A stretch of DNA of 64,000 nt. It comes from an uncultured delta proteobacterium. GTDB lineage: Bacteria > Desulfobacterota > Binatia > Binatales > Binataceae. Below the pieces are notes generated by a model. It was not told the DNA's origin. It saw only the letters and a program-made list of their open reading frames with translations, and did not search any database. Both the position numbers and the translations under genes were made by a program. The stretch spans positions 1,510,769-1,574,768 of the forward strand of contig CAVQEQ010000003.1 in the NCBI GenBank assembly GCA_963711565.1, read 5' to 3'. Positions 19,740 through 29,646 of this stretch are shown here, piece after piece (within the stretch, counting starts at the first letter, position 1; the number at the start of each line of letters is the position of its first letter).

Positions 19740-19786
19740 GAAAATTCAGCGCCGCCCGATCCTTAACACTGTCGGACGGTCTCGCG

Positions 19787-22201
19787 TCAACGGGAGATGC
19801 GATGGCGCCCAGGACCGAACTCGCCGCCTATGAGATGAGCGTCATCGAACCGCACGAGCGCTGTCACGCCGTCGAGAATCGCGATCTCGCCGCCGTTTTC
19901 GCGATCGAGCTTCATTTGGATTAGCCCATGCGGTGTCGGTACGCGGCCCTCGAGATGCTTGAGCGAACCGAAGTGCGGCGCGATTTCCGCGCGCGAGTAG
20001 CCCGGCGCGGCTGGCCGCACGCCGAGAACCCAGGTGGTCAAATCGTAGGTGGGCGTTGCCGACCACGCATGACATCGGCTCCCGGAGCCGGCGCGCGCGT
20101 CCCAGTATTCCTCGAACGCGGTGTCGCCACGCTCGATCTGCGGCCACCATTTCATGCATCGCGCGGGAATCAGGTCGCGGCGGCCCGCGCGGACGAGCGC
20201 GTCGTGCAGGATGTGCGAGAAGAACGGCTGCGCGGCGACGACGTTGCGCTCAACGTCGAAGGTCATGTGCTCGGCGGGATCCATTCGCTGTTTCACGTAC
20301 GCGGTCATGTTGTCGGAAATCGTCGGCGTGATGACAACGCGCGAATCATCGAGGATGTAGTCGAGCATCCGGGGCCAACGCGCGCGCGGGGCGCATCCGG
20401 CGACAATCGCGATCGCGTTGGTTTGCTGGCTGACGCGGCGGTGCGGGCCGTTGCGATCGGCGGCGTCCACGTAAACGCCCGCAGCCTCGTCCCACAGCAA
20501 CTCGAATGCGCGCCTCGTCCGCTCTGCGTGCGCACGAGCGTCTGCGGCAGAGCGCGAATCCGCCAGCACGGTCTCGGCGAGCGACGCGTAGTCGTCGAGC
20601 GCCGCGGCGTACAGTGCATCGAGCGCGCCGGTTACTTCGGAGCGCTCGGTCATCGCCCAGTCGATGAAAATCCAACCCGGCATTCCGCGAATGAGTCCGT
20701 CAGGGGCGCGGTAGCGCTCGAAGGCGGCGATTATGCCGGCCGCGGTCGGCATCAGCTCGCGCACTGTCGCGGCGTCGCCAGAATAATCGAAGTAGCGGGC
20801 GAGCGCGCGAATCCAGTGCAACGAGTAATCGGGAATCGTGGTCGAAGAAATCGCAAAATCGCACGCTGCGGCCATCGCCAGCAGTCCGTCGCCGCGCCGC
20901 GATTGCGCGCAGATTCGCAGATGCCGTCGCACGAGGCGCCAATCGGTGTTGGTCACGTAGGTCAACAGGGCGTGGATGTAGGAATCGCCGAGCCACGCAC
21001 GCTGTTCGCGGCCGGGGCAGTCGATGAAGGCGTCGGTCGAGCAGAGCTCCAGCGTGCGCGCGCCGACCCTCCAGATTTTGTTGAGCGCAGGGTCGTCGCA
21101 TTCGAAGTACGCCTCGTCGCCGCGCGGATAACGCCGCTCGACCGCGCCGGCCGACTCGATCTGCGCGCCGCCGCGCGCGACGATCGACAGATGGCGGAAG
21201 CCGACCGCCTCGTAGGACTCGACGCGTTCCGCGCCGTCGCCGCGCAGGATATAGCGCATCGCAAACTGGCGCGGTTGCGTCTCCGCGCTGCCGTCCGCGC
21301 GCACGTCCTCCCCGCAGTAGACATCCACAGTCGAGCCTGCGGGACCGTGCACGACGGCCCAGGGCGTCGCGAGCGTTATCATTCCCGCGTCGAAATTCGC
21401 GATTGTGTCGGGACCGTCAGCGGACTGCTCCACAGTTGGATATGAACCGCGCGGATCGTCGCTGTTGAGTGCGGCCACTGCGCGGCGGGAAAGTTCGTTC
21501 ATCGCGATCGGAATCGAGGTGAGCGGCGCGATCTCGTCGTGCTCGGGCGCGGTGAAAGGCTCGACCGGGATTCGCGTGCGATTGTACGAAAGCGTTGCGG
21601 CCGACAATTCGACGGCGGGAATCCAGTCGGAATCGTCGAAGGCCGCGTCGTTCCATCCGGCGGGAATCGCGGCGCCGTCGAGGATTTCGGTTGGCGGCAC
21701 CGGCAGCGCCGCGCCGCGCACCACGTCCTGCCGATAAGGCGCGGCGCGGCCCTTCCAGGTCGCGTCTGAAATCACGCCGATAGAGGGAGACTCAAACGCG
21801 AACGATCCAAAACCGAGCAGGAAGCTCGGCGACGCCGGCCGCCACCATGGTCCCGGCACGCCGTAAAAGCGCACCAGCGCCGCGATTGCGTTTCGGCCCG
21901 CGCGAAGATACGGCGCGAGATCGATTTCCGTCCATGCGAGGCGCTCGGGTATCGAGCGCGCCGGTCCGCGCGCGACTTCGACGCCGTTGACGAACATCAC
22001 GAAGCGCGAGTCGGCCGTCACTCGCGCGGGAACCGATACGGAAACCGAGTCGAGTTGAACCGTGCGGCGCAGGTAGCAGAAGCGATTCCAGGTTTCTTTC
22101 GGCGGAATTCCGGCCGCGCCGATCGGAGAAACCGGCAAGGGCGCGGGTCCGGCCCAAATCCATCGCGCATCCCACATGATCGGCCATTTCGATCCAGTCA
22201 T
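19787..22201 (-). CDS. Alpha-L-rhamnosidase-family glycoside hydrolase (GH78)
   Basis: VTADSRF..FVNG, DCPGREQRAWLGD, FIDW, EEYW, SRCHAWSATP, VPTPHGLI. Confidence 0.88.
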   Translation of the reverse strand: MTGSKWPIMWDARWIWAGPAPLPVSPIGAAGIPPKETWNRFCYLRRTVQLDSVSVSVPARVTADSRFVMFVNGVEVARGPARSIPERLAWTEIDLAPYLRAGRNAIAALVRFYGVPGPWWRPASPSFLLGFGSFAFESPSIGVISDATWKGRAAPYRQDVVRGAALPVPPTEILDGAAIPAGWNDAAFDDSDWIPAVELSAATLSYNRTRIPVEPFTAPEHDEIAPLTSIPIAMNELSRRAVAALNSDDPRGSYPTVEQSADGPDTIANFDAGMITLATPWAVVHGPAGSTVDVYCGEDVRADGSAETQPRQFAMRYILRGDGAERVESYEAVGFRHLSIVARGGAQIESAGAVERRYPRGDEAYFECDDPALNKIWRVGARTLELCSTDAFIDCPGREQRAWLGDSYIHALLTYVTNTDWRLVRRHLRICAQSRRGDGLLAMAAACDFAISSTTIPDYSLHWIRALARYFDYSGDAATVRELMPTAAGIIAAFERYRAPDGLIRGMPGWIFIDWAMTERSEVTGALDALYAAALDDYASLAETVLADSRSAADARAHAERTRRAFELLWDEAAGVYVDAADRNGPHRRVSQQTNAIAIVAGCAPRARWPRMLDYILDDSRVVITPTISDNMTAYVKQRMDPAEHMTFDVERNVVAAQPFFSHILHDALVRAGRRDLIPARCMKWWPQIERGDTAFEEYWDARAGSGSRCHAWSATPTYDLTTWVLGVRPAAPGYSRAEIAPHFGSLKHLEGRVPTPHGLIQMKLDRENGGEIAILDGVTALVRFDDAHLIGGEFGPGRHRISR

Positions 22202-22205
22202 GCTG

Positions 22206-22699
22206 CTACCGTGTTCGGGGCAGAGGTAACGGGAACTTGAGCAGGGCCACGACCGGATCCGCGGAACGATCCGTCATGCTGGCAATCTCGCGCCGCGCCA
22301 TCTCGAACAGCGCCGACTCGTGTTCGACCATCGACTGGGCCATCTCCCGATCTTCACCGGCGCCATCGCCGCGATTTCCTTAAAGCGTGGAATAAACCGG
22401 TCGCGGAGCGCATCGTGGATGACCGTCATCTTGTCCAGCCATTTCATCGGCCGCAGGTTCTCGGCCAGCGACACACCCTCCGCCCGTACCGCGGCGTCTT
22501 CGGAGAGGTCGAGCCGATGACGGAACAGCCATGGCCTGAGGCGCGCTTTGGTTTCGCTTTCCAACTGGAGCATCGTGCCCAGCTTGTAGCGCTGATCATC
22601 GTCTTCGGCTGCCGGCAAAAGCCCGGTGAATAACACCTCGCCCAGGATCTCGCCCTGGTAAAGCTCCATTACTCCTTTCAGAAATTCCGAATCCGCCAT
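22206..22699 (-). pseudogene. Hypothetical helical (ferritin-like) protein with an apparent 1-nt deletion near 22357-22362
   Basis: After ..EIAAMAP the alternative frame reads GEDREMAQSMVEHESALFEMARRE..LLKFPLPLPRTR to TAG at 22206, ending just before the GH78 start. Confidence 0.6.
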
Positions 22700-22714
22700 C
22701 GTTACCTCTCCATA

Positions 22715-23155
22715 TCAGTTGGACGGGGTGGTTGTATCCGGCACCGTCACGGTCTGCGGCGGCGCGCCTGATGGGCCGACCCAGTCGGGCAAACTCTGGA
22801 GCCCGCCGAGGTGGACGCTCGGCGCCGGATTTACAACCGATTGCCCGCTGTCGCCCTCCTCGCCGTTGTCGTCCTGTTTCCCCTCCTCGTCCTTGTAGTG
22901 CTGCATCACCTGCTTCTTCACATCGTCGGTCAACAACTGCGGCTGCATCCCCTGGCTATGTGCGAAATCCTCGCGGCTCTCGGCGTCCATGTGGAGCCAG
23001 ATCTGACTGGCCTGCGCGCTGTTGCCGTGACTCATCGCTTCCACAAACTTTTGCTGCTGGGTCTCATGCGAACATCCCGCGAGCGCAAATGCGCACGTGG
23101 CAATTGACAGTACGATCGCGCGTTTTATTTTTTCCGGCATCAGCACGCCACTCAT
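22715..23155 (-). CDS. Hypothetical lipoprotein
   Basis: Lipobox LAGC after a hydrophobic N-terminus. Confidence 0.65.
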   Translation of the reverse strand: MSGVLMPEKIKRAIVLSIATCAFALAGCSHETQQQKFVEAMSHGNSAQASQIWLHMDAESREDFAHSQGMQPQLLTDDVKKQVMQHYKDEEGKQDDNGEEGDSGQSVVNPAPSVHLGGLQSLPDWVGPSGAPPQTVTVPDTTTPSN

Positions 23156-23158
23156 CGC

Positions 23159-24268
23159 CTAAAATGTCACCACGCTGCGAATCGACTTGCCTTCGTGCAT
23201 CAAGTGGAAGGCGTCGTCGATTTTTTGGAGCGGCATCACGTGCGTGATCAGATCATCGATGTTGATCCTGCCTTCCATATACCAATCGACAATTTTCGGG
23301 ACGTCGCGACGGCCGCGCGCGCCGCCAAACGCCGTGCCCTTCCACGTTCGTCCGGTCACGAGCTGAAACGGTCGCGTCGAAATCTCCTGCCCCGCGCCCG
23401 CGACGCCGATAATCACGCTGGTGCCCCATCCGCGCTGACAGCATTCGAGCGCCTGGCGCATCAGCTTGACGTTACCGACGCATTCGAAGGAAAAATCCGC
23501 GCCGCCGCGTGTCAGGTTGACGATGTGCGGCACCAGTTCGCCCTCAACCTCCGCGGGATTTAAAAAATGAGTCACGCCGAACTTCTCGGCGATCGCCTTG
23601 CGCGCGGGATTGAGATCGACGCCGACGATCATCGACGCGCCGGCAATCCTCGCGCCCTGCACGACGTTGAGGCCGATGCCGCCGAGCCCGAACACGACCA
23701 CCCGGTCGCCGGCGCTCACGTTGGCGGTGTTGAGGACGGCGCCGATTCCGGTCGTCACGCCGCATCCGATGTAGCAAATCTTTTCGAACGGCGCGTCTTC
23801 GCGGACCTTTGCCAGCGCGATCTCAGGCACGACGGTGAAGTTCGCGAAGGTCGAGGCGCCCATGTAGTGATGCAGCGGCTTGCCGCCGCGCGCGAATCTG
23901 CTGGTGCCGTCGGGCATGACGCCGCGGCCCTGCGTCTCGCGAATCGCGGTGCATAGATTCGTTTTGCCGGAGAGGCACGCCGGGCAGTTGCGGCATTCGG
24001 GAATGTAGAGCGGGATGACGTGGTCGCCGCGTTTCAGAGTCGTCACGCCCGGCCCCGTTTCGATCACGATGCCGGCGCCCTCATGTCCAAGAATCGAGGG
24101 GAACAAACCTTCGGGGTCGGCGCCCGACAAAGTGTAGGCGTCGGTGTGGCAGACGCCAGTGGCCTTGATTTCGACCAAGACTTCGCCGGCCTTGGGACCT
24201 TCGAGGTCAACGCTTGCGACTTCGAGCGGTTCGCCGGCCTTGTTCGCGATTGCAGCTTTTACTTTCAC
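23159..24268 (-). CDS. frmA: S-(hydroxymethyl)glutathione dehydrogenase / class III ADH
   Basis: GVCHTDAYTLSGADPEG, GHEGAG, structural Zn cysteines, EISTRPFQLVTGR; GTG at 24268. Confidence 0.95.
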   Translation of the reverse strand: MKVKAAIANKAGEPLEVASVDLEGPKAGEVLVEIKATGVCHTDAYTLSGADPEGLFPSILGHEGAGIVIETGPGVTTLKRGDHVIPLYIPECRNCPACLSGKTNLCTAIRETQGRGVMPDGTSRFARGGKPLHHYMGASTFANFTVVPEIALAKVREDAPFEKICYIGCGVTTGIGAVLNTANVSAGDRVVVFGLGGIGLNVVQGARIAGASMIVGVDLNPARKAIAEKFGVTHFLNPAEVEGELVPHIVNLTRGGADFSFECVGNVKLMRQALECCQRGWGTSVIIGVAGAGQEISTRPFQLVTGRTWKGTAFGGARGRRDVPKIVDWYMEGRINIDDLITHVMPLQKIDDAFHLMHEGKSIRSVVTF

Positions 24269-24405
24269 GATTCCAGCGCGTCGTCCGCAATATAATACGC
24301 TGCCGCCTCGCGCGGCGAACACCTCGCGCGGCACGCTTGATGGATGTCGCAAATGCTGCCAAACCTCATCAGGCCGACCAGCAATCGCGCCAATGGAGAA
24401 ACAAA

Positions 24406-24783
24406 ATGGCCGACAAAGCACTCTCGCCTGACCAGGTGATCGCATCGCTGCTCGAAGGCAAGTCGCGGCGCGAGATGATGGTGATCCTCGCGCGGCTCGA
24501 GCATGGCGGCGCCGGTATCTACCAGTCGTTCGCTGCGAGCGAACGCAACGAGAAGGCGCGCGCGGCCTTGCTCGCGGGGGCGGAGCGAGAGGAGCAGAAC
24601 TCCGCGTTGCTCAAGACGATGACGCAGGTCAAGGACAAGTGCGAGAAATGCGGCAAGGCGCTGGCGCCTCCTGCGGCGGCGCAGTGCTGTTCATTTCAAT
24701 GCACGTTCTGCCCCGACTGCGCTGACGAAATGAAGCATGTGTGTCCGAATTGTTCGGGCGAGCTGACGGCCCGCAGTGTCTAA
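24406..24783 (+). CDS. Helical N-terminal domain fused to a Cys-rich DUF1272-like domain
   Basis: CEKC..CSFQCTFCPDC..CPNCSGEL; RBS GGAGA before ATG 24406. Confidence 0.7.
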   Translation: MADKALSPDQVIASLLEGKSRREMMVILARLEHGGAGIYQSFAASERNEKARAALLAGAEREEQNSALLKTMTQVKDKCEKCGKALAPPAAAQCCSFQCTFCPDCADEMKHVCPNCSGELTARSV

Positions 24784-24805
24784 GTGGCACAGGCTTTAGC
24801 CTGTG
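24784..24805. repeat. REP-like palindrome GTGGCACAGGCTTTAGCCTGTG
   Basis: GTGG tetranucleotide followed by a CACAGGCT/AGCCTGTG hairpin directly after a stop codon; single copy here. Confidence 0.55.
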
Positions 24806-24824
24806 ATTTTCAGGGGAATCTGCC

Positions 24825-25688
24825 ATGCACATAATCGGCACGGTCAAGGAAATTTGGCGCTACCCGGTCAAGTCGATGGCGGGCGAGCGCTTGCAGCGCG
24901 CCGACATCAGCGTGCGCGGAATCTACGGCGATCGCGGATGGGCGATTCGCGATGAAAAAGCCGGCGAGATTCGCAACGCTCGCAAGCTGCCCGCGCTGCT
25001 GCATTGCACCGCCGTGTATCTGCGCGAGCCGAGCGCCGACGACGCGCCGCCGGCGCAAATCACGCTGCCTGACGGGACAACGTTTCGCTCCGATTCCGCC
25101 GAGGCCAACGCCAGGTTGTCCGAGCTGCTCGGGCGTAGCGTCTCGATCTGGCCGATCCAGCCGCCATCCGAGCGCGACCTGCTTCGACGCGCTGCGCCCG
25201 ACAATCCCGACATGCGCGCCGAGATGCGCGAGGTCTTCGGGCGTTTGGAAAATGAGCCGCTGCCCGATTTCTCGACGCTGCCCCGGCAGATTCTGGAATT
25301 CACGTCGCCATTCGGCACATTCTTCGACGCGTTTCCGTTCCACGTGATCACAACCGCGTCGTTGAGCGCGCTCGCCGGTCACAATCCCGGAGCCGATTTC
25401 GACACGCGCCGGTTTCGTCCAAATGTTGTGATCAAGACGGAGAGCGGCATCGAAGGGTTGGCGGAAGCAGAATGGTCGGGACGAACGCTTCGAATCGGCG
25501 CGACGCGGATCAAGCTCGAGATGCCGACCGTGCGATGCGTGATACCGACGCTCGAGCAGCCGGGGGTGAAGAAAGATCCATCGGTGCTGCGGACGATCGT
25601 GCGCGACGCGGCGCAGAATCTGGGCGCCTACGCGACGATCGCAACCGACGGAACGATCGCGCTCGGCGACGAAGTAACACTCGAATAG
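24825..25688 (+). CDS. MOSC domain protein
   Basis: WRYPVKSMAGE, GDRGWA, FFDAFPFH, RRFRPN, RC. Confidence 0.9.
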   Translation: MHIIGTVKEIWRYPVKSMAGERLQRADISVRGIYGDRGWAIRDEKAGEIRNARKLPALLHCTAVYLREPSADDAPPAQITLPDGTTFRSDSAEANARLSELLGRSVSIWPIQPPSERDLLRRAAPDNPDMRAEMREVFGRLENEPLPDFSTLPRQILEFTSPFGTFFDAFPFHVITTASLSALAGHNPGADFDTRRFRPNVVIKTESGIEGLAEAEWSGRTLRIGATRIKLEMPTVRCVIPTLEQPGVKKDPSVLRTIVRDAAQNLGAYATIATDGTIALGDEVTLE

Positions 25689-25691
25689 CAG

Positions 25692-26261
25692 ATGCTGGCG
25701 ATTCGAAAAGTTCCAGCGCGATACCTATGGCAAATCTCGCGCGGACTCGCTTTGGTCCTATCCATCGTCCTTTGCGCCCTCCTATACGATAGCCGGCAAT
25801 CAGTTGAAGCGGACGAACGTCCTGCAGCCTTAATCCAGTATCCCGACGCGACGGCCGTACAGTATGACGATCGGAAGGCCATCGATCGCCTTAGCTACCA
25901 CGTCAGTTCGAAATTCCCGGCAAAGCCGGTTATCGATTTGATCTCGAACAAGCTAGAAAAGGAAGGTTGGCAACCTCTTAAGTACTATTTCCTGAGACCG
26001 GATACGCTCTCCTCTCAGGAGCAGGGTTGGCAGCAGTTTTTGGACGTAAACCAGGCGCCCGCGTTATGCGTTCGCCAATGGCTAGGAGACTGGCAGGACT
26101 CATCAGGAAACATCGTCACCTATGGATTTCGCTATGCGGAAGTCAAATGCACCAGTGATCCGAGCGATCTGGAAGTGACGGGATGGTACACGCCGGCATA
26201 TGTCGCACGGCGAACACTCGAAGAGTCCGAGAGGCGCAAGAAGGATAACAACCTACAGTAG
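25692..26261 (+). CDS. Hypothetical exported/membrane-anchored protein
   Basis: N-terminal hydrophobic segment; visibly lower GC than neighbours. Confidence 0.55.
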   Translation: MLAIRKVPARYLWQISRGLALVLSIVLCALLYDSRQSVEADERPAALIQYPDATAVQYDDRKAIDRLSYHVSSKFPAKPVIDLISNKLEKEGWQPLKYYFLRPDTLSSQEQGWQQFLDVNQAPALCVRQWLGDWQDSSGNIVTYGFRYAEVKCTSDPSDLEVTGWYTPAYVARRTLEESERRKKDNNLQ

Positions 26262-26291
26262 CATCTATAGGATCGTGCGTCGGTCCTATAG

Positions 26292-27971
26292 CTATACCGT
26301 GATCGTGTTGCCTTTGAAGCTGGTGAAGGTGAAGCCGGTATAGTTCTCGTTGTATAGGTGTGCCTGGTCTCTTAGCAGGCTTACTGCTACCGCCTCGCCT
26401 AGCAGCATCCCCTGCTGGATGTCTTCGCGCCAGTGGATGCCCGCGTTAACTCGGCCGAATCCCACGTTGGACGCCAGCTTGTTGAGCTCTCCACCGACAG
26501 TCATCTGACTTGCGTCAGAACCGGTATAAGGCGTCAAGCCTGTGCCGTCCGAGGTGGGAACCAGCGAGTTGGGAACAACAAAGGTTTCATCGAAAAACCA
26601 CTTGAGCACAGTGACTGCAGCGCCAGCGGCTGTTGCATGACCGGATGGATAGGACGGATGTAGAGGGCATCCTTCGGGATAGGACAAGGGGATGAAATAG
26701 TTGCCGTTGCGAGCAAAGACTGCCGCCGCCGCATTCGAGGTCAAGAGGCTGGGATCGAGCGGATAGGACTTCTGACCGGTGAGCGTGAAATGAACCAGTC
26801 CGGCGGTTTCCTCGGGACGCGCCGTGCGATGGATGAACCATTTCTGGAACCACGCATGCTTGATCGCGCGGGTGATGACCTCGGCAACCAGCACTTCGAG
26901 CATCGGGAAGCCGAAGGTGATGAATCCAGTTTCGGATTTGAGGGTCGGCGGATAGGGATTGCCGGAATTCAACGGCGCCTTCATCTTGAGCAGCATCAGC
27001 GCCGCGAGCAGGTATTCCTGGTACAACACGTCATTGTGGACGTACTCCGCTAGATCGCGCGCGGTGCGGAGATATCTCAACGTCGGATCCGGATTCTCAC
27101 TCTCGAGCGGAGCGGGCGCCCCGTTCTGAATGTTCAGCCACGTGCTGAGTTTGATCCCGAAATCGCCCGGCTGCGTGGTCATGTAGCCTACAAACGGCAT
27201 CACGCCAAGGGTAAAGGGCTGCAGGAAGAACTGCGAAACGTAAGGACCTATCAGGTCGCCGGCCGTGAACCCGCGGAACACGGTCTGCGGCGTTACGCTG
27301 CCGCCGATTCGCGGACCGACGAAAGCGGATAGACCATTCAGCTCGGAGACCGCGGCGGCAATCATCGCGTCGGTGGAGTAATCCGTGAACGGGACGTCGC
27401 GCGTCAGCGCCTGCCAGTAAACTTCGATCATTTGCGCGGCGAGGCTGGTACTCGTCAAGGTGGCAAACGGCGGAATCGAATTTTGCGATGGATCGTAAGC
27501 CTCGAGGTCGAAGGCAATGCCGGCCTGGGGATCCACCAGCGGCTCAGTACCGCCTACCGGCAAGTTGGCAAAATCCTGACGCTTACCCGTTTGCACCGCC
27601 GCCAGGTAGCTTTCATAGACGGCTGGAACGACCACGCCAAAGGAATCGTGCGCGAAGCCCTTGGTGTAATTCGCGATTCCCGACTTGTACCGCACCTCGT
27701 CTCCGTTGTTAGGCTGGGGCGGGACCTTGAGCCGGAGATCGTCGGCGGCCGCACTAAGACGTTTGTTGAATGCCTGGCCGGGACGAGCGTTAAGGTTGAG
27801 TACGCCGGGACCCGAGAGGACATCGGGAATCTGTTTTCCGGTGCTGGCAGCGCTGGCGGCGATCGCGGCGAGGGGAACCGAAACTCCAGCAGCGCCAAGC
27901 CCTTTCAAAAATGCGCGCCGGCTGGAGGTGGAAGCCACACTCGCGTGTTTGCCAGAAGTATTTTTAGTCAC
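26292..27971 (-). CDS. Vanadium-dependent haloperoxidase (PAP2 superfamily), Tat-exported
   Basis: SRRAFLK twin-arginine signal; KWFIHRTARPE, HPSYPSGHA, GRVNAGIHW vanadate motifs; GGAGG before GTG 27971. Confidence 0.88.
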   Translation of the reverse strand: MTKNTSGKHASVASTSSRRAFLKGLGAAGVSVPLAAIAASAASTGKQIPDVLSGPGVLNLNARPGQAFNKRLSAAADDLRLKVPPQPNNGDEVRYKSGIANYTKGFAHDSFGVVVPAVYESYLAAVQTGKRQDFANLPVGGTEPLVDPQAGIAFDLEAYDPSQNSIPPFATLTSTSLAAQMIEVYWQALTRDVPFTDYSTDAMIAAAVSELNGLSAFVGPRIGGSVTPQTVFRGFTAGDLIGPYVSQFFLQPFTLGVMPFVGYMTTQPGDFGIKLSTWLNIQNGAPAPLESENPDPTLRYLRTARDLAEYVHNDVLYQEYLLAALMLLKMKAPLNSGNPYPPTLKSETGFITFGFPMLEVLVAEVITRAIKHAWFQKWFIHRTARPEETAGLVHFTLTGQKSYPLDPSLLTSNAAAAVFARNGNYFIPLSYPEGCPLHPSYPSGHATAAGAAVTVLKWFFDETFVVPNSLVPTSDGTGLTPYTGSDASQMTVGGELNKLASNVGFGRVNAGIHWREDIQQGMLLGEAVAVSLLRDQAHLYNENYTGFTFTSFKGNTITV

Positions 27972-28088
27972 AAAACCTCCATGGCTGCCACGGCGATGTA
28001 CCCGCAAGCTGGCAACGTCGCCCGCTTCTACCAACTCAAGGGGTTAGAATCTACACGTGCGAGTGTAAAATTTCACCGCGATTCCGTT

Positions 28089-28670
28089 TTACGGGGATCG
28101 TTGCGGACGCGAGGCTCCAAGGCCCTTGAGCAATGCCGAGACCAGCCAGTCGAAGCTCTTGTCCACGTCGAGCGGGATTCCGAATCCGCCGGCGTTTTCA
28201 AGCGCGACGAAACCATGCACGGCGCTGCGCATCGCGCGGATCGCATGAAGACCCTCGCGCCGCTCCAATTCGTAGCCGCTCAGCACGGACAGACAAGTCT
28301 CGACGACCTGGCCGGCAGCCGCCTCGACGGCAGGATCGTTCTTGGGCGCGGCGACCATGGTGCCCGCGTAGGTTCCGGGATGATGCTTGACGAAGGCGCG
28401 ATAGGCGGCGGCGAGACCACGGACAGCGTCGTCGCGCGATTTACCGATGGTCGCGCGGCTCAGCGCCGTGTTGAGGTCGCGCAGCGCGAGCAGTTTGAGC
28501 TCGCGGCGGATGCCCTCGAGCCCGCCGACGTGGTTGTAGAGCGAGGGCGAACGGACCCGCAATTTTTTGGCGACGCAGGCCAAGGTCAGCGCGTCCCAAC
28601 CGTCGTCGTCGGCGATTTTCGCGGCGGCGCGGACGACCGCGTCCCGGTTAATTCCGACGCGCTTCGCCAT
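28089..28670 (-). CDS. TetR-family regulator with WHG-type C-terminal domain
   Basis: HTH VAKKLRVRSPSLYNH; AVHGFVALE. Confidence 0.9.
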   Translation of the reverse strand: MAKRVGINRDAVVRAAAKIADDDGWDALTLACVAKKLRVRSPSLYNHVGGLEGIRRELKLLALRDLNTALSRATIGKSRDDAVRGLAAAYRAFVKHHPGTYAGTMVAAPKNDPAVEAAAGQVVETCLSVLSGYELERREGLHAIRAMRSAVHGFVALENAGGFGIPLDVDKSFDWLVSALLKGLGASRPQRSP

Positions 28671-29568
28671 CTTGAGCGTCCTTCATGAAATCGATCACGG
28701 CACCTGCGACGATGTCGGGATACTCGACGTGCGGGTAATGCCCGGCGCCCTCGACCATCAGCTTCTTTCCATGCAGATGAGTCGCGGCCCAGTCGGCTTC
28801 GGCGGCGGGATCAGTAAAGTCGGAGTCGCGCGTGCCCATCACGATCAGGGCTGGAGCGTGAACCTTGGGAATGCGCGCCTCGCACGGAGCCTGCGACGCG
28901 AAGATCAGCGCCTTGGTGGCCTCGATGCGGCCGGGCTGCTTGAGATTTGCGACCAGCGCACTGCGATATGAACCGAGGTCGGCCGGCGGCGCGGTTTTGT
29001 AGAGCGAGCCGTAGTACATCGACCAGAACGACGGACCCCACGGTCGCATCATCGCGACTTTGAGAAACGCCAGCAGGAATGACGAGGTCGGTATCACGCG
29101 GGTGAACGGATCGATCAGCACGATCCCGGCGATGCTATCGGGAATCTCGGCGGCGGCCCATACGGCGGAGCCGCCGGCCATCGAGTTGCCGACGATAAAG
29201 GCTTTGCTCACGCCGAAATGACGAATCAGCGCGACGATATCGGCGCCGACGATCGCGGGCGAGTAGGCGGGCCAATCGACGCTCGATTCGCCGTGTCCCG
29301 GAAGATCCATCGTGACGACGCGGAAGCCCGCGGCGGCGAGTCGAGGCGCAAGGAAGCGATATTGCCCGCGCACGTCGCCGAGGCCGGGAACGCAGATGAC
29401 CAGCGAGCCGGTGCCGCCGGAGTCGTCGTAGGCGATTTGGCCGCCGGGCAGTTTGAGAAATTGCGTGGCGGCGGTCGCGGGTGCTTGCTCGGCGCCCGCG
29501 GGAATGGCAGTGGCGAGGGTGAGCGCGGCTGCCGCGAGAACAAGATTTGTCGATGTACTAATCATCAT
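28648..29568 (-). CDS. Exported alpha/beta hydrolase
   Basis: Signal peptide, DLPGHGES, GNSMAG, GAGHYPH. Confidence 0.88.
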   Translation of the reverse strand: MMISTSTNLVLAAAALTLATAIPAGAEQAPATAATQFLKLPGGQIAYDDSGGTGSLVICVPGLGDVRGQYRFLAPRLAAAGFRVVTMDLPGHGESSVDWPAYSPAIVGADIVALIRHFGVSKAFIVGNSMAGGSAVWAAAEIPDSIAGIVLIDPFTRVIPTSSFLLAFLKVAMMRPWGPSFWSMYYGSLYKTAPPADLGSYRSALVANLKQPGRIEATKALIFASQAPCEARIPKVHAPALIVMGTRDSDFTDPAAEADWAATHLHGKKLMVEGAGHYPHVEYPDIVAGAVIDFMKDAQDGEARRN

Positions 29569-29577
29569 AGGTATTTA

Positions 29578-29592
29578 ACTAATATAATTAGT
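29578..29592. promoter_or_regulatory. Probable TetR operator ACTAAT-N3-ATTAGT
   Basis: Perfect inverted repeat 10 nt upstream of the hydrolase-tetR operon start; second half-site at 29557. Confidence 0.7.
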
Positions 29593-29646
29593 CCCATCAT
29601 GCAAGCGGTCAAGCTCATCGCTCGAATCGGGCAACAATTTCACTGG

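Noticed and set aside
17275-22699. CoA-transferase pair, GH78 and a hypothetical gene as a novel catabolic system
   Set aside because: Co-oriented, but paired CaiB/BaiF subunits are common and the sequence shows no functional link to the glycosidase
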